Of a stretch of DNA of 64,000 nt, positions 28,993 through 38,608 are shown piece by piece (within the stretch, counting starts at the first letter, position 1; each line of letters opens with the position of its first letter). The stretch spans positions 2,912,001 to 2,976,000 of the forward strand of contig CBDCOH010000002.1 in the NCBI GenBank assembly GCA_965219685.1, read 5' to 3'. Both the position numbers and the translations under genes were made by a program. Source of the stretch: Candidatus Spongiisociaceae bacterium (lineage in GTDB: Bacteria > Actinomycetota > Acidimicrobiia > Spongiisociales > Spongiisociaceae). The notes beneath the pieces are model-generated. The model was not told the origin of the DNA. It did no database searches and saw nothing but the letters and a program-made list of their open reading frames with translations.

Positions 28993-29057
28993 GACTCTCC
29001 CTGCCGTAAACCCAACTCAGCGGAGCCTTGCGCCCACCTCCTGCGGGAGGTGACGGC

Positions 29058-32000
29058 ATGAGGCTCCCCGCTTTCAACCCGCTTCCCTCGCGCCCGTGGT
29101 TCCCGTCTGGCCCGACCTCACGCCGGGGGCGCCGGTCCACCATTCCGGCGCTGTTGCTCATCCTTGCCGCCGTTTCCGTGCTGGTTCTCACCGATACCGG
29201 CCGGGCGGGCGCCCAGAGCGGCGAATTGGGCGTGTCCATCTCCGCCGATGCGGCATCCCTCGAGGCGGGCGACACCGTCACGCTGACGGCGGACATCTCC
29301 AACGCTCCGCAGAACGAAGACCCGGCATACGCCTGGGACATCTGCACGGATGCGGGGACCTGCATCTCCAATGGCCAGCACCCCCTAAAGTTCAACTGGA
29401 ACAAGGCTGGGATATGGACGTTCCAACTCACGGTCTCCTACGATTCCGGGGCATCGGCCAGGTCCAACCAGGTCAGCGTTGCGTGGAGCGATGCGGGCGA
29501 CGGAGCGGAACTCCCACCCGAACCGGACGCCGCCGGCGGCGCCAGCGGGGACGAGGGAGCCACCGGGGATCAGGCCGCCGACACGGCCGACGCGAACAGC
29601 CCGGGCAACGTCCGTCTCTATGCCCACAACAACAACGACGTCTGGGTGACATGGGACGCGCCCACCGTGGCCAGCGGCCGCACGCTCAGCGCCTACCGCG
29701 TCGAGTTGAGGGTCGAGGGAGCCACCCCGAGGACGCTCACCCCGAGGAACGTCAGCAGTGGCGCCAGCGAGTTCACTTCGCGCCGCTATCGCTTCAGCAG
29801 CTTGACCAACGGCACGAGCTACACCGTCCGGGTCGCCGCACGCACGCACCCGGACGACGATTCAACGATGACCGCCGACGCCTGGTCCGCTCGGACCGCG
29901 AGCGTCGCGGCCTGGTCCGAGCCGACCCAGCTCTGGTTTGTGAGCGACAGACCCAGTATCACGGCATTGGGCCGCGTTCACATGGAGGTCCTCTCCAACA
30001 AGGGGAAAGACTCAGTTGTCTGCCAGGCCGACGGACCCGACATGACGGCAGCTCAGCTCAATTGCCCGCCGGGAGTCCTTATCTCTATGGATACAACCGG
30101 AGCGGTGACGGCCAGCGCCACATCCCTCCACGGGGGAAGCACGTCACCATCGGAGGGCGCCAGGGGTGGCCCGCGCGGTTTCCTGACCTATGCGTCCGGC
30201 GGCGCAGGACGGATCGTCATTGCCTGGGTGAGCACGGCCAGCTCGACCACCGACTACATCGTGCAGTACCGCTCGGGCACGAGCGGGGCCTGGACCGACG
30301 TCGTCAAAGCCGCCACCGCCCGCTCCCACACCGTCACCGGACTAGCCGACGGGACGTACCAGATCCGCGCCCGCGGCCGCATAACCAGGCTCGAGGACGT
30401 GGACCACGACGATGACCCGGCTACGCCTAAAGTAGAAATGACGGTTCACTACCTGGGCTTCACCTCCGAGATCCACACCCTCACCGTGGCCGCGAGCAAC
30501 ACCGGCACGGTGAGGCCACGGGATGTCCAGCAGGCGCGGTCCGCGGACGGCCAGTCGCTGATCGTCCAGTGGGAGTTGCCCACCGCCACCGGCGGTTCGA
30601 AGCCGTATGCCTGGCAGGTGCGCCACCGGGCCCAGGGTACGAGCGCCTGGACGAGCAGCGCGGAACTCCATTACCGCCCCACCCAGCGCCTCTGCCACGA
30701 CCGCGACGGCACCGAGTGCCAGAACCCCAGGAGCTACACCATCAGCGGTCTCACCGCGGGCACGGATTACCAGGTGGATGTCCGCGCCCGCAACGCCAAC
30801 GGCTGGGGAGCCTACGCCATCAACGATGCGCCGACGGTGGCCAACATGATCCCGGACCGGACGGCGGAGGCGAGGACGGCGTTCAGCTTCCAGTTCGCGG
30901 CCAACACCTTCAGCGACGCCGACGGCGACACGCTGACCTACACGGCGACCCAGGACGACGGCTCCGCGCTGCCCTCGTGGCTGTCCTTTGACGCCTCCAC
31001 CCGAACCTTCTCCGGCACGCCGGGGGATCTGGACGCGGGCACGCTGTCGGTCAAGGTGACGGCCAGCGACGGCATCAACAGCGTGAGCGACACCTTCGAC
31101 ATCGTGGTCAGCACCGACCGATCCCCGCCGACGGTGGCCAACATGATCCCGGACCGGACGGCGGAGGCGAGGACGGCGTTCAGCTTCCAGTTCGCGGCCA
31201 ACACCTTCAGCGACGCCGACGGCGACACGCTGACCTACACGGCGACCCAGGACGACGGCTCCGCGCTGCCCTCGTGGCTGTCCTTCACGGCAGCCACGCG
31301 CACCTTCGCCGGCACCCCGGCGCGCTCGGACGTGGGCACGCTGTCGGTCAAGGTCACGGCCGGCGACGGCACCTGGACGGTGAGCGACACCTTCGACATC
31401 GTGGTCAGCCTGGATCCGCCGGCCTTCTGGCGGAGCATGGCGCGGGGCACGACGCTGTATGTCGACTTCGACCAGTCCCTGGACACGGCCTCGCGGCCGC
31501 CGTCCAGCGCCTTCCGGGTGACGGCGGGGCCGAAGGGCGGCGCGGCCCGCACCATCGCGGGCACGGCCACCGTGGTGAACATCAGCAACTTCAGCGGCGG
31601 CAGCCGCGTGGAGATCGAGCTCGCCCGGGCGGTGGCCGAGGGCGAGGTGGTGAGGGTGCGCTACGTCAGGCCCTCCGCCAACCCGCTGCAGAACAGCGCG
31701 GGCAAACAGGCGGCGAGCTTCTCCGGCCAGCCGGTCCTGAACGGGCCGCCCCGCATCCTTACGCAGGCCATTTCCTCGGACCCGGGCCCGGACAGGCTCT
31801 ACACCCTGGGCGACCAGGTGCAGGTGCAGGTGACCTTCGACGTCCCCGTGGTCGTGGACACCACCGGCGGCCGGCCCCGGCTGAGAATCAGCCTGGGCCT
31901 GTGGGACGGCGGATCGCAGGCCCCCGGCGAGGCCCGCGGCAACCGGTGGTCCCACTACCTGGAGGGCAGCGGGACGACGACCCTCACCTTCCAGTACACC

Positions 32001-34799
32001 GTGCAACGCGGGGACTACTCCGGGGAACCCGCCGCCCGGGGCGTCGCCGTGTTTGCCTCCGGCCTGAACCTGAACGGCGGCGCCATCAGGTCCGCCTGGA
32101 ATCAGCCGTTGCGGCCGGCGGAGAACGCGGAGTCCATAGAACGCTGGCCCGATACGCTCCCCAACCCCTGGCTGGACTTCGACCGGAACCACCGGGTGGA
32201 CGCGCGGCCGCCGGGAGCCCTCTGGGAGGCCACGCTGAACCCGAAGGGATCGGCGCCGCGCAACCATATCCAGGGTTGCGATGACGGCTTAAGCAGTTGG
32301 GCGTGCTATCTGAACGACCGGCTCCAGGAAACCACCTTCTACCTTGAAGGCCGGAAGCACAGCGTACTCAGCCTCATAAATCAGGCGGACGCCAGAGGCT
32401 GGCAGCTGTCGATCATAATCGAGCCGCGAATCCCCGGGGACGACTGGACCCTGGAGATCGACGGCCGGGAGTTCTGCGTCGAAGCGGCCCGAACCTACGG
32501 GCTTTCCAACAACGCCATCGGGGCCTACTGGGACGGCGCCCCGCTGAGCTGGAGCGAGGGCACGCCGGTTCAGGTGAAGCTGAAGAAGCCCGCCCCCGGC
32601 GCCCCGTGGACCTGCGGCAGCCCGGAGGACCAGCCGGTCTTCGAGAGCGCGGCGGTGGGCGGCGAGACGCTGACCATGACCTTCAGCCACGACCTGGTTC
32701 CGGAGGTCTCGACCGGCTATCAGGGGTTTGAGAGCACGCCGCCGGCGCCCGGGGCCTTCCACGTCACGGTGAACGGCGTCCGGCGCAACGTGGCCGCCGA
32801 TGGCGTGGCCGTATCCGGCAAGACAGTGAGGCTGACCCTGGCCTCGCCGGTGACCAGCGACGACACAGTAACCGTGCGCTACACCCGGCCGTCAGAGAAT
32901 GAACTGCGGCGGGTTCACGGCGCTGCCGTGGAAACCTTCGCCGATCAAGCGGTGACCCATGCAGTCCCCCTCGCCAGCAACCTCGGGCAGAGCAATGACG
33001 AAGGCAGTAGTACGCATGTGTACAACGCGCAGACCTTCACCACCGGCAGCCACGGCTATGGCTACACGCTATTCGCCGTGCAAATCCAGATGGGCGTGTG
33101 GACGAACGCTGACGGGGTGAGTGTGTTTCCCGACTACGAGGTCGAGCTCTGGCGAGTAGGCTCGAACGGCCAGCCGGCGGACGACCGTCCAGAGAACAAG
33201 CTCGCTACCTTTACCAAGCCGGACACGTTGATACACGGAATCAACACGTTCCACACCGCCGAGAGCATCGAACTGCGCCCCGAAACCCAGTACGCGGTCG
33301 TGGTTGACCTCACTAGGACGTGCACTTGCACTGTCCGCAATACTCACAGCGACGACGACTCCACGCTGGCTGGCTGGAGCATCGCCAACAACTCTTGGTG
33401 GCGAAGGGCAGGCGAGACAACCTGGCGCTCGTGGCACGCTACGCGCAAGATCGCACTCCTCGGCGCCGCGCGTCAGGGATCTGGAGCCGGCGGGGACAGC
33501 GGCCCGGGGGGCCTGAGCGCCGAGACGATTCCCGGCACCGAGCCCGACACATCCCTGTCCACGGCCAACACGGCATCAGTGACCGGCGTGACGGTCACCT
33601 CGGACGCGGGCGACGACGACACCTATGCCAGAGACGACGTGATCCAGGTGACGGTGACCTTCAGCGAGGCGGTGGACGTCACCGGAACGCCCCAGATCGC
33701 CATCGACATGGACCCGGCGGAATGGGGAACCAAGCAGGCCGCCTACGAGAGCGGCTCCGGCACGGCCAGCCTGGTCTTCGCCCATACCGTGGTCGAACCC
33801 AACATCTCCACCCAGGGCATCGCGGTGCTGGCCAACACCCTGGCGCTCAACGGCGGGACCATCCAGTCGGCGGCGGACGTTGACGCGGACCTGTCCCACA
33901 CCGGCCTCGCCCACAACGCCAGCCACAAGGTGGACTGGCAACTGCCCTCCGAGGAGGGCGGGGCCGTGGGCCAGGGTGACGACGGCGGGGACAGCGACTC
34001 CGAGGAGGAGAGCGTCCCGCCATCGGTGACCGCCGTGGCCGTGTCCTCGGACGCGGGCAGCGACGACACCTACGTCAAGGACGACGTGATCCGGGTGACG
34101 CTGACCTTCAGCGAGGCGGTGGACGTGGACACCACCGACGGCGCCCCCCGCCTGAAGATCGACATGGACCCCGCCGAGTGGGGCGACAAGTGGGCCGCCT
34201 ACGAGAGCGGCAGCGGAACGGCCAGCCTGGTCTTCGCCCATACGGTGGCGGAACCCAACGTCTCGAACCAGGGCATCGCGGTGCTGGCGAACACCCTGGA
34301 TCTGAACAGCGGGACCATCCAGTCGGCGTCGGACGTTGACGCGGACCTGTCCCACACCGGCCTCGCCCACGACGCAAACCACAAGGTGCGCTGGCAGCCC
34401 GTGGTGACCGCCGTGGCGGTGACTTCCGACGCCGGCGGCGACGACACCTATGCCAGGGACGACGTGATCCAGATCACGGTGACCTTCAGCGAGGCCGTGG
34501 ACGTGGACACCACTAACGGTACCCCCCAGATCGCCATCGACATGGACCCCGCCGAGTGGGGAACCAAGTGGGCCAGCTACCACAGCGGCAGCGGCACCAC
34601 GACGTTGACCTTCACCCACACCGTGGTGGAACCCAACATCTCGACGCAGGGCATCGCCGTGCTGGCCAACACGCTGAAACTGAACGGCGGCACCATCCAG
34701 TCGGCCTCCGCCGCCGACGCCGACCTGTCCCACACGGGCCTGACCCACAACGCCGGCCACAAGGTGAACTGGCAGCTGGAGCCGCCGGTGGGGCTGTAG
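29058..34799 (+). CDS. Large secreted modular surface protein (~1,913 aa): signal peptide, FN3-like x3, Ig/cadherin-like x2, SwmB-like x2, four related beta-sandwich repeats
   Basis: GGAGGTG RBS; hydrophobic leader ending AGAQ; W..P/Y.V/GL..GT.Y.V.V FN3 pattern; F.D.DGDTLTY..LPSWLSF repeats; V.V.Y.RPS.N.L; TFSEAVDV.G.P.I.ID..YESGSGT..L.F repeats. Confidence 0.88.
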   Translation: MRLPAFNPLPSRPWFPSGPTSRRGRRSTIPALLLILAAVSVLVLTDTGRAGAQSGELGVSISADAASLEAGDTVTLTADISNAPQNEDPAYAWDICTDAGTCISNGQHPLKFNWNKAGIWTFQLTVSYDSGASARSNQVSVAWSDAGDGAELPPEPDAAGGASGDEGATGDQAADTADANSPGNVRLYAHNNNDVWVTWDAPTVASGRTLSAYRVELRVEGATPRTLTPRNVSSGASEFTSRRYRFSSLTNGTSYTVRVAARTHPDDDSTMTADAWSARTASVAAWSEPTQLWFVSDRPSITALGRVHMEVLSNKGKDSVVCQADGPDMTAAQLNCPPGVLISMDTTGAVTASATSLHGGSTSPSEGARGGPRGFLTYASGGAGRIVIAWVSTASSTTDYIVQYRSGTSGAWTDVVKAATARSHTVTGLADGTYQIRARGRITRLEDVDHDDDPATPKVEMTVHYLGFTSEIHTLTVAASNTGTVRPRDVQQARSADGQSLIVQWELPTATGGSKPYAWQVRHRAQGTSAWTSSAELHYRPTQRLCHDRDGTECQNPRSYTISGLTAGTDYQVDVRARNANGWGAYAINDAPTVANMIPDRTAEARTAFSFQFAANTFSDADGDTLTYTATQDDGSALPSWLSFDASTRTFSGTPGDLDAGTLSVKVTASDGINSVSDTFDIVVSTDRSPPTVANMIPDRTAEARTAFSFQFAANTFSDADGDTLTYTATQDDGSALPSWLSFTAATRTFAGTPARSDVGTLSVKVTAGDGTWTVSDTFDIVVSLDPPAFWRSMARGTTLYVDFDQSLDTASRPPSSAFRVTAGPKGGAARTIAGTATVVNISNFSGGSRVEIELARAVAEGEVVRVRYVRPSANPLQNSAGKQAASFSGQPVLNGPPRILTQAISSDPGPDRLYTLGDQVQVQVTFDVPVVVDTTGGRPRLRISLGLWDGGSQAPGEARGNRWSHYLEGSGTTTLTFQYTVQRGDYSGEPAARGVAVFASGLNLNGGAIRSAWNQPLRPAENAESIERWPDTLPNPWLDFDRNHRVDARPPGALWEATLNPKGSAPRNHIQGCDDGLSSWACYLNDRLQETTFYLEGRKHSVLSLINQADARGWQLSIIIEPRIPGDDWTLEIDGREFCVEAARTYGLSNNAIGAYWDGAPLSWSEGTPVQVKLKKPAPGAPWTCGSPEDQPVFESAAVGGETLTMTFSHDLVPEVSTGYQGFESTPPAPGAFHVTVNGVRRNVAADGVAVSGKTVRLTLASPVTSDDTVTVRYTRPSENELRRVHGAAVETFADQAVTHAVPLASNLGQSNDEGSSTHVYNAQTFTTGSHGYGYTLFAVQIQMGVWTNADGVSVFPDYEVELWRVGSNGQPADDRPENKLATFTKPDTLIHGINTFHTAESIELRPETQYAVVVDLTRTCTCTVRNTHSDDDSTLAGWSIANNSWWRRAGETTWRSWHATRKIALLGAARQGSGAGGDSGPGGLSAETIPGTEPDTSLSTANTASVTGVTVTSDAGDDDTYARDDVIQVTVTFSEAVDVTGTPQIAIDMDPAEWGTKQAAYESGSGTASLVFAHTVVEPNISTQGIAVLANTLALNGGTIQSAADVDADLSHTGLAHNASHKVDWQLPSEEGGAVGQGDDGGDSDSEEESVPPSVTAVAVSSDAGSDDTYVKDDVIRVTLTFSEAVDVDTTDGAPRLKIDMDPAEWGDKWAAYESGSGTASLVFAHTVAEPNVSNQGIAVLANTLDLNSGTIQSASDVDADLSHTGLAHDANHKVRWQPVVTAVAVTSDAGGDDTYARDDVIQITVTFSEAVDVDTTNGTPQIAIDMDPAEWGTKWASYHSGSGTTTLTFTHTVVEPNISTQGIAVLANTLKLNGGTIQSASAADADLSHTGLTHNAGHKVNWQLEPPVGL
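30830..31409 (+). repeat. Tandem 297-bp domain duplication, first ~159 bp identical
   Basis: 30830-30988 equals 31127-31285. Confidence 0.9.
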
Positions 34800-34820
34800 C
34801 CCGGCAATGCCGGACGGGGT

Positions 34821-35180
34821 TTAGCCGCCGGGGCGGGGTTGTTGGGGGTGGTATTTGTCGAGGAAGGTTTGGTGGGCGCGTTCCTGTTGCTGGTACGGGT
34901 TGAAGTATTCGACGTTGGTGGGGTGCCGGTAACCGGTCCAGGTTCGGGGTGGGAGGAGCCGGCGGCGCTGGGGCGGCGTGTCGGGATCGATGCGATGCCC
35001 TCTTCGGTGGATAGCGATGTGGTGGCGGTACCAGCAAAGGGTGGCAAGGTTTCCCGCTGTGTTCTTGCCTCCGTCGCGTCGGGGGATCACATGGTGGGTT
35101 TGGAGCCGGTAGCTGCTCTGGCACGATCGATCACGCATTCGCGGTCCCTGGCGAGCACCGCCCTTCGCCGCCGTCTGGGG
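34821..35180 (-). pseudogene. Frameshifted HNH endonuclease C-terminal fragment (DUF222/13E12-type)
   Basis: RRAVLARDREC / C.S.YRLQTHHVIPRRDGGKN...NLATLCWYRHH split across frames. Confidence 0.65.
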
Positions 35181-35486
35181 CCTCGGCTCCCGCTTAAGCC
35201 CTGCAGGCCGGCTCTTCTCATGAGCATCGCCACCGCGTTGTGCCCGACGGTGATTCCGTACCCCAACCTCAGCTCGGCGTGCACCCTCGGTGCTCCATAC
35301 GTCCCGCGGGACTGCTGGTGGATCTGGTGGATGAGATCCGTCAACCACGCATGGCGGATGGCCCGAGCCGAGGGTGGGCGGGTCCTCCACTCGTAGAACC
35401 CGGATTCCGATTACTCCAAGCACCCGGCACGCGACTTGGGTGGGCAGCCCCTCGCCCCTCATGACTTGGATCGCTTCGTATCGTCC
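35181..35486 (-). pseudogene. IS3-family OrfB N-terminal fragment, frameshifted and lacking the DDE domain
   Basis: VACRVLGV / SGFYEWR.RP / IH..SRGTYGAPRVHAEL...VA.LMR.AGL.G. Confidence 0.85.
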
Positions 35487-35767
35487 CCTGCGGTCACCAC
35501 CTGGGCTTTCAGCAGCTCGTTGGCTCGTCTGGTCACCGCCAGTTCTGTCTCCAGCTCGACGATGCGACGGCGGGCAGCTCTCAGTTCCTCCTTCTCAGAA
35601 GACGTCAGACCCGGCTCAAGGCCGCGGTCAACAGCGTCCTGGCGTCGCCAGTTGTAGATCGTCTGGTCCGCCACACCGAGATCAGCTGACAGAGATGCCA
35701 CCGACCTGCCAGCAGCCAACAGGTCCAGGACTTTGCGACGGAACTCGGGCGGATATCGATAGGGCAT
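35459..35767 (-). CDS. IS3-family transposase OrfA (HTH)
   Basis: YPPEFRRKVLDL...LGV..QTIYNWRRQ...ELRAARRRI.ELE.E; AAGGAGG RBS. Confidence 0.88.
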   Translation of the reverse strand: MPYRYPPEFRRKVLDLLAAGRSVASLSADLGVADQTIYNWRRQDAVDRGLEPGLTSSEKEELRAARRRIVELETELAVTRRANELLKAQVVTAGDDTKRSKS

Positions 35768-35867
35768 GAGACCCCTCCTTTGCGGGTCAGCACGCCACTA
35801 ATTCAAATATGCTGACTCCGGAAAACTGGGGTATCGCCTAAGTCTCCGGGGAACCCGGGGCGGTTCA

Positions 35868-35949
35868 GTGAATGGTGAAGCTCTAATACGCCACCGATCA
35901 CGGACTACCACTCACCACTCACTACTCACTACTCACCATTCACCACTCA
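35868..35949. repeat. Right part of split heptamer element: GTGAATGGTGAA-GCTCT-spacer-(CACYAYT)n ending at thiD stop
   Basis: Same layout as 631-753. Confidence 0.85.
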
Positions 35950-36750
35950 AGCCCATCCGAAGTGGTCGATCGGGCCTTCGCCCCGGCCCAGTCTCCACGT
36001 CGCGGCGCCCGCGATAGCCCGAGCGACCCAAGCCTTTGCTTCCCCGACCGCGATCAGCAGGCCGGTACCCGAAGCCAAGCGCGCTGCTATGGAGGCCGAA
36101 AGCGCATCTCCGGTGCCATGGACGTTGCGCGACTTCACCCATCGACCGGGGAGGGTGTGCGTCTGCAGGCCGTCGGACAGCACGTCAACCGGCCGCGGCC
36201 CGCCCAGGCGCCCCCCTGTGACCAGGATCGGAGTCCGGGTAGACCTTGCCAGTTCTCTGGCCACTTCTCTTTGCTGGGCTTCGTTGGCGATCGGTCGATC
36301 TGCGAGCAGGGCGGCCTCGCGGTGGTTGGGGGTCGCCAGGACGGCTGCGGGAATCAGGATCTCCCGATACGCGGCGATGGTGGCCCGGTCGACCAGCACC
36401 GCCCCGTCGCGGTCCACGAGAACCGGATCCACCACCAGGTTGGGCAGCCTCCAGGCGTGGTCGGCCACGAGCAGGACGACCTCCTCCGTGCCCAGCAGGC
36501 CGGTCTTGGCGGCATCGGGCGGGAGATCGACATAGAGAGTCCTTATCTGGGCGTCTACCAGTTCGGCGGGAATGGTTTCGCCCGTCTCCACACCCCGGGT
36601 GTTCTGGGCGGTGACGGAGGTGATCACGGTGGTCGCGAAGACTCCGTGCGCGGACAGAGTCTTCAGGTCGGCTTGGACACCGGCTCCGGCGCCGGAGTCG
36701 CTGCCGCCGATCGTCATCACCGTTCTGGGAGTAGGCGTCGTTTCCTCCAT
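35947..36750 (-). CDS. thiD: Hydroxymethylpyrimidine/phosphomethylpyrimidine kinase
   Basis: [46 protein letters not shown]. Confidence 0.92.
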   Translation of the reverse strand: MEETTPTPRTVMTIGGSDSGAGAGVQADLKTLSAHGVFATTVITSVTAQNTRGVETGETIPAELVDAQIRTLYVDLPPDAAKTGLLGTEEVVLLVADHAWRLPNLVVDPVLVDRDGAVLVDRATIAAYREILIPAAVLATPNHREAALLADRPIANEAQQREVARELARSTRTPILVTGGRLGGPRPVDVLSDGLQTHTLPGRWVKSRNVHGTGDALSASIAARLASGTGLLIAVGEAKAWVARAIAGAATWRLGRGEGPIDHFGWA

Positions 36751-37553
36751 TCGACAACGGAGTCGTGGGCGGTCCGCCGCTCGCTGCCGGATCGCTGCAC
36801 GATGCCGACCGGATCCACTTCGACCGTGGTATTCGTACACCCGCCGGCGTCGTAGGCCTGGTACGTGACCCGACCGCGGTCCACCTGGACGGGTTCTCCA
36901 TCGAAGCCGAGCGCGTTCGGTTCGCTCCACCGTACTTCGATGGAGGGGTCGTCGCAGCTCGTGAAGAGCTCAGACCACACCACGGGCGCCCGCAGATGGT
37001 CACCACGGCACAGGAGATGTCGCACCACCACGTCCTCGCCGGTTTCGAGACCTTCGATCCTGGCCGGCCACCTGCCCGGGTTCTCGGTGCCGGGAATGCG
37101 AGGCCCGATGGTGAGCCGGTACCGGAAACCCGGTTGCCAGCCGAAGTCCCGGGTGTTCGGATCGCGGGGCGCGGACGGCAGGGGCGACTCCGTCCCAGGA
37201 AGGATGGCACCGCCGCGGTCGTAACCACCCCAGTTGACGGCCAGGTTCCGGGGATGGCGGGGATTCCACTGGATCCCCGCGTGGGCGCCTCCTTCGTGGC
37301 GGGCGTGCGACCAGAAGGATGCCTGGACGGCGAAGAAGGCCAGACGGCTCACCTCCGGCGGCCTGAGCACTTCCAGGATCACCGACACCGACGCCAGGGG
37401 AACCGCCGGAACATCCCACCAGATGTGGAACGAGGACGCCCCGTTCGGGGAAGGCGGCAGCCCTTGGGCGCGTACGGGCCCGCTCCCCACCGGCTCGGGT
37501 AGGGTCGGGTGGGAGTCCGTCACTGGTACCGGTTCGGGAGGGTCACGACCCAT
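36717..37553 (-). CDS. Conserved hypothetical protein (Trp-rich, possibly DUF3472-like)
   Basis: GC3-biased ORF overlapping thiD start; [15 protein letters not shown]. Confidence 0.65.
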   Translation of the reverse strand: MGRDPPEPVPVTDSHPTLPEPVGSGPVRAQGLPPSPNGASSFHIWWDVPAVPLASVSVILEVLRPPEVSRLAFFAVQASFWSHARHEGGAHAGIQWNPRHPRNLAVNWGGYDRGGAILPGTESPLPSAPRDPNTRDFGWQPGFRYRLTIGPRIPGTENPGRWPARIEGLETGEDVVVRHLLCRGDHLRAPVVWSELFTSCDDPSIEVRWSEPNALGFDGEPVQVDRGRVTYQAYDAGGCTNTTVEVDPVGIVQRSGSERRTAHDSVVEWRKRRLLPER

Positions 37554-37588
37554 TCGGGTTTATCCACGGACCACGGACCACGAACCGA

Positions 37589-38569
37589 TCAGGACGCCAA
37601 CCGTTCGTCGAAGTAGTCGATCAGGTGTGCTTCATACCGATGCGGGTAGTCGTCCCACGCATCGGCATGGGAACAGCCTTCGTAGACGGTCAGTCGCGGA
37701 GGGTGGCGGACCTCGGCTCGGATACGGTCCAGGTTGCTGATCGGGATGCGGTCATCCTCGTCGCAGTGGGCGAGACCGATGGCGTAGGGATACCGGGCGG
37801 CATCTTCCGCCGGGTGCACGTTCTCGATGTCGAGACCCTTGGAGAGCCGGGCCATCAGGACTACGCCGGGCCGCAGAACGGAAGCCAACCAGGAAGGCGC
37901 CGAGGTGCGCCGGGCTACCTCCTGGACGACCAGTTCCGACAGCGAGGCGAAGGCCGAATCGGCGTAGACACCGGCAACGGCCGGCTCGCCCCATCCCGAC
38001 ATCAGAACGATCGCCGCGCCGTAGGATCGGCCATACAGGAATATCGTTCCGGGTTCGACGCCGCGCTCACCGATCAGGTAGTCGATCGCGCCGAGAAGGT
38101 CGTCCCGCTCGTGGAGCCCGGCGCCCATCTGCGCCAGGTCGGATTCTCCGTGGCCGCGCAGGTCGAAGGCGAGCACGGAGTAGCCACCCTCGACCAGGGC
38201 GGGAACCGTGCCGAGCGCGGAACTGCGGTTGCTGTCGATGCCGTGCACCCGGATCACCGTTGCGCGGGCGTCCGGGGCAGGTATCCACCACCCGCGCAGG
38301 GTGAGCCGAGGCCAGCCACGGGGCGAGAAATCGACGTCCTCGTATGGCAGGGCGAAGTCCTCCGGGCGTTCATCGAGCGGGTTCGCCTCCGCGTCGAGCG
38401 CGGTGTCGACAATGTAAAGGGACACGGCGACGTAGAGGAGAGCGAGGATCACCGCCGGTATGACCACCCGCCTGAGCCATTTCGAACGCCTCGCTCCCCG
38501 GCCCGTGCGCGGCCGGGTGGTCGTCAGGCGTCGGATCGCCGCAGTGAAGCCTTTGGATGGACGTCCCAC
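37589..38569 (-). CDS. Membrane-anchored alpha/beta hydrolase
   Basis: TM helix, LRGWWIP, FDLRGHGES, GRSYG, D..IP, H.D. Confidence 0.88.
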   Translation of the reverse strand: MGRPSKGFTAAIRRLTTTRPRTGRGARRSKWLRRVVIPAVILALLYVAVSLYIVDTALDAEANPLDERPEDFALPYEDVDFSPRGWPRLTLRGWWIPAPDARATVIRVHGIDSNRSSALGTVPALVEGGYSVLAFDLRGHGESDLAQMGAGLHERDDLLGAIDYLIGERGVEPGTIFLYGRSYGAAIVLMSGWGEPAVAGVYADSAFASLSELVVQEVARRTSAPSWLASVLRPGVVLMARLSKGLDIENVHPAEDAARYPYAIGLAHCDEDDRIPISNLDRIRAEVRHPPRLTVYEGCSHADAWDDYPHRYEAHLIDYFDERLAS

Positions 38570-38608
38570 GGTAGGGATCCTATTTCATCCTCCACCGACC
38601 GTGCTCGA

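Larger units (their letters stand above)
27823..35867. mobile_element. Putative IS3-end-bounded cargo element (8,045 bp) flanked by GTGAA direct repeats
   Basis: 14-bp terminal inverted repeat TGAACCGCCCCGGG / CCCGGGGCGGTTCA; GTGAA at 27818-27822 and 35868-35872; splits a heptamer array. Confidence 0.6.

Noticed and set aside
30342-34760. Long antisense ORFs (641 aa, 394 aa and similar across the window)
   Set aside because: Expected shadows of GC3-rich genes; no recognisable motifs.
30830-34780. Repeats in the surface protein as a DGR template/variable pair
   Set aside because: All copies are in-frame coding domains, differences are not adenine-specific, and no reverse transcriptase is present.
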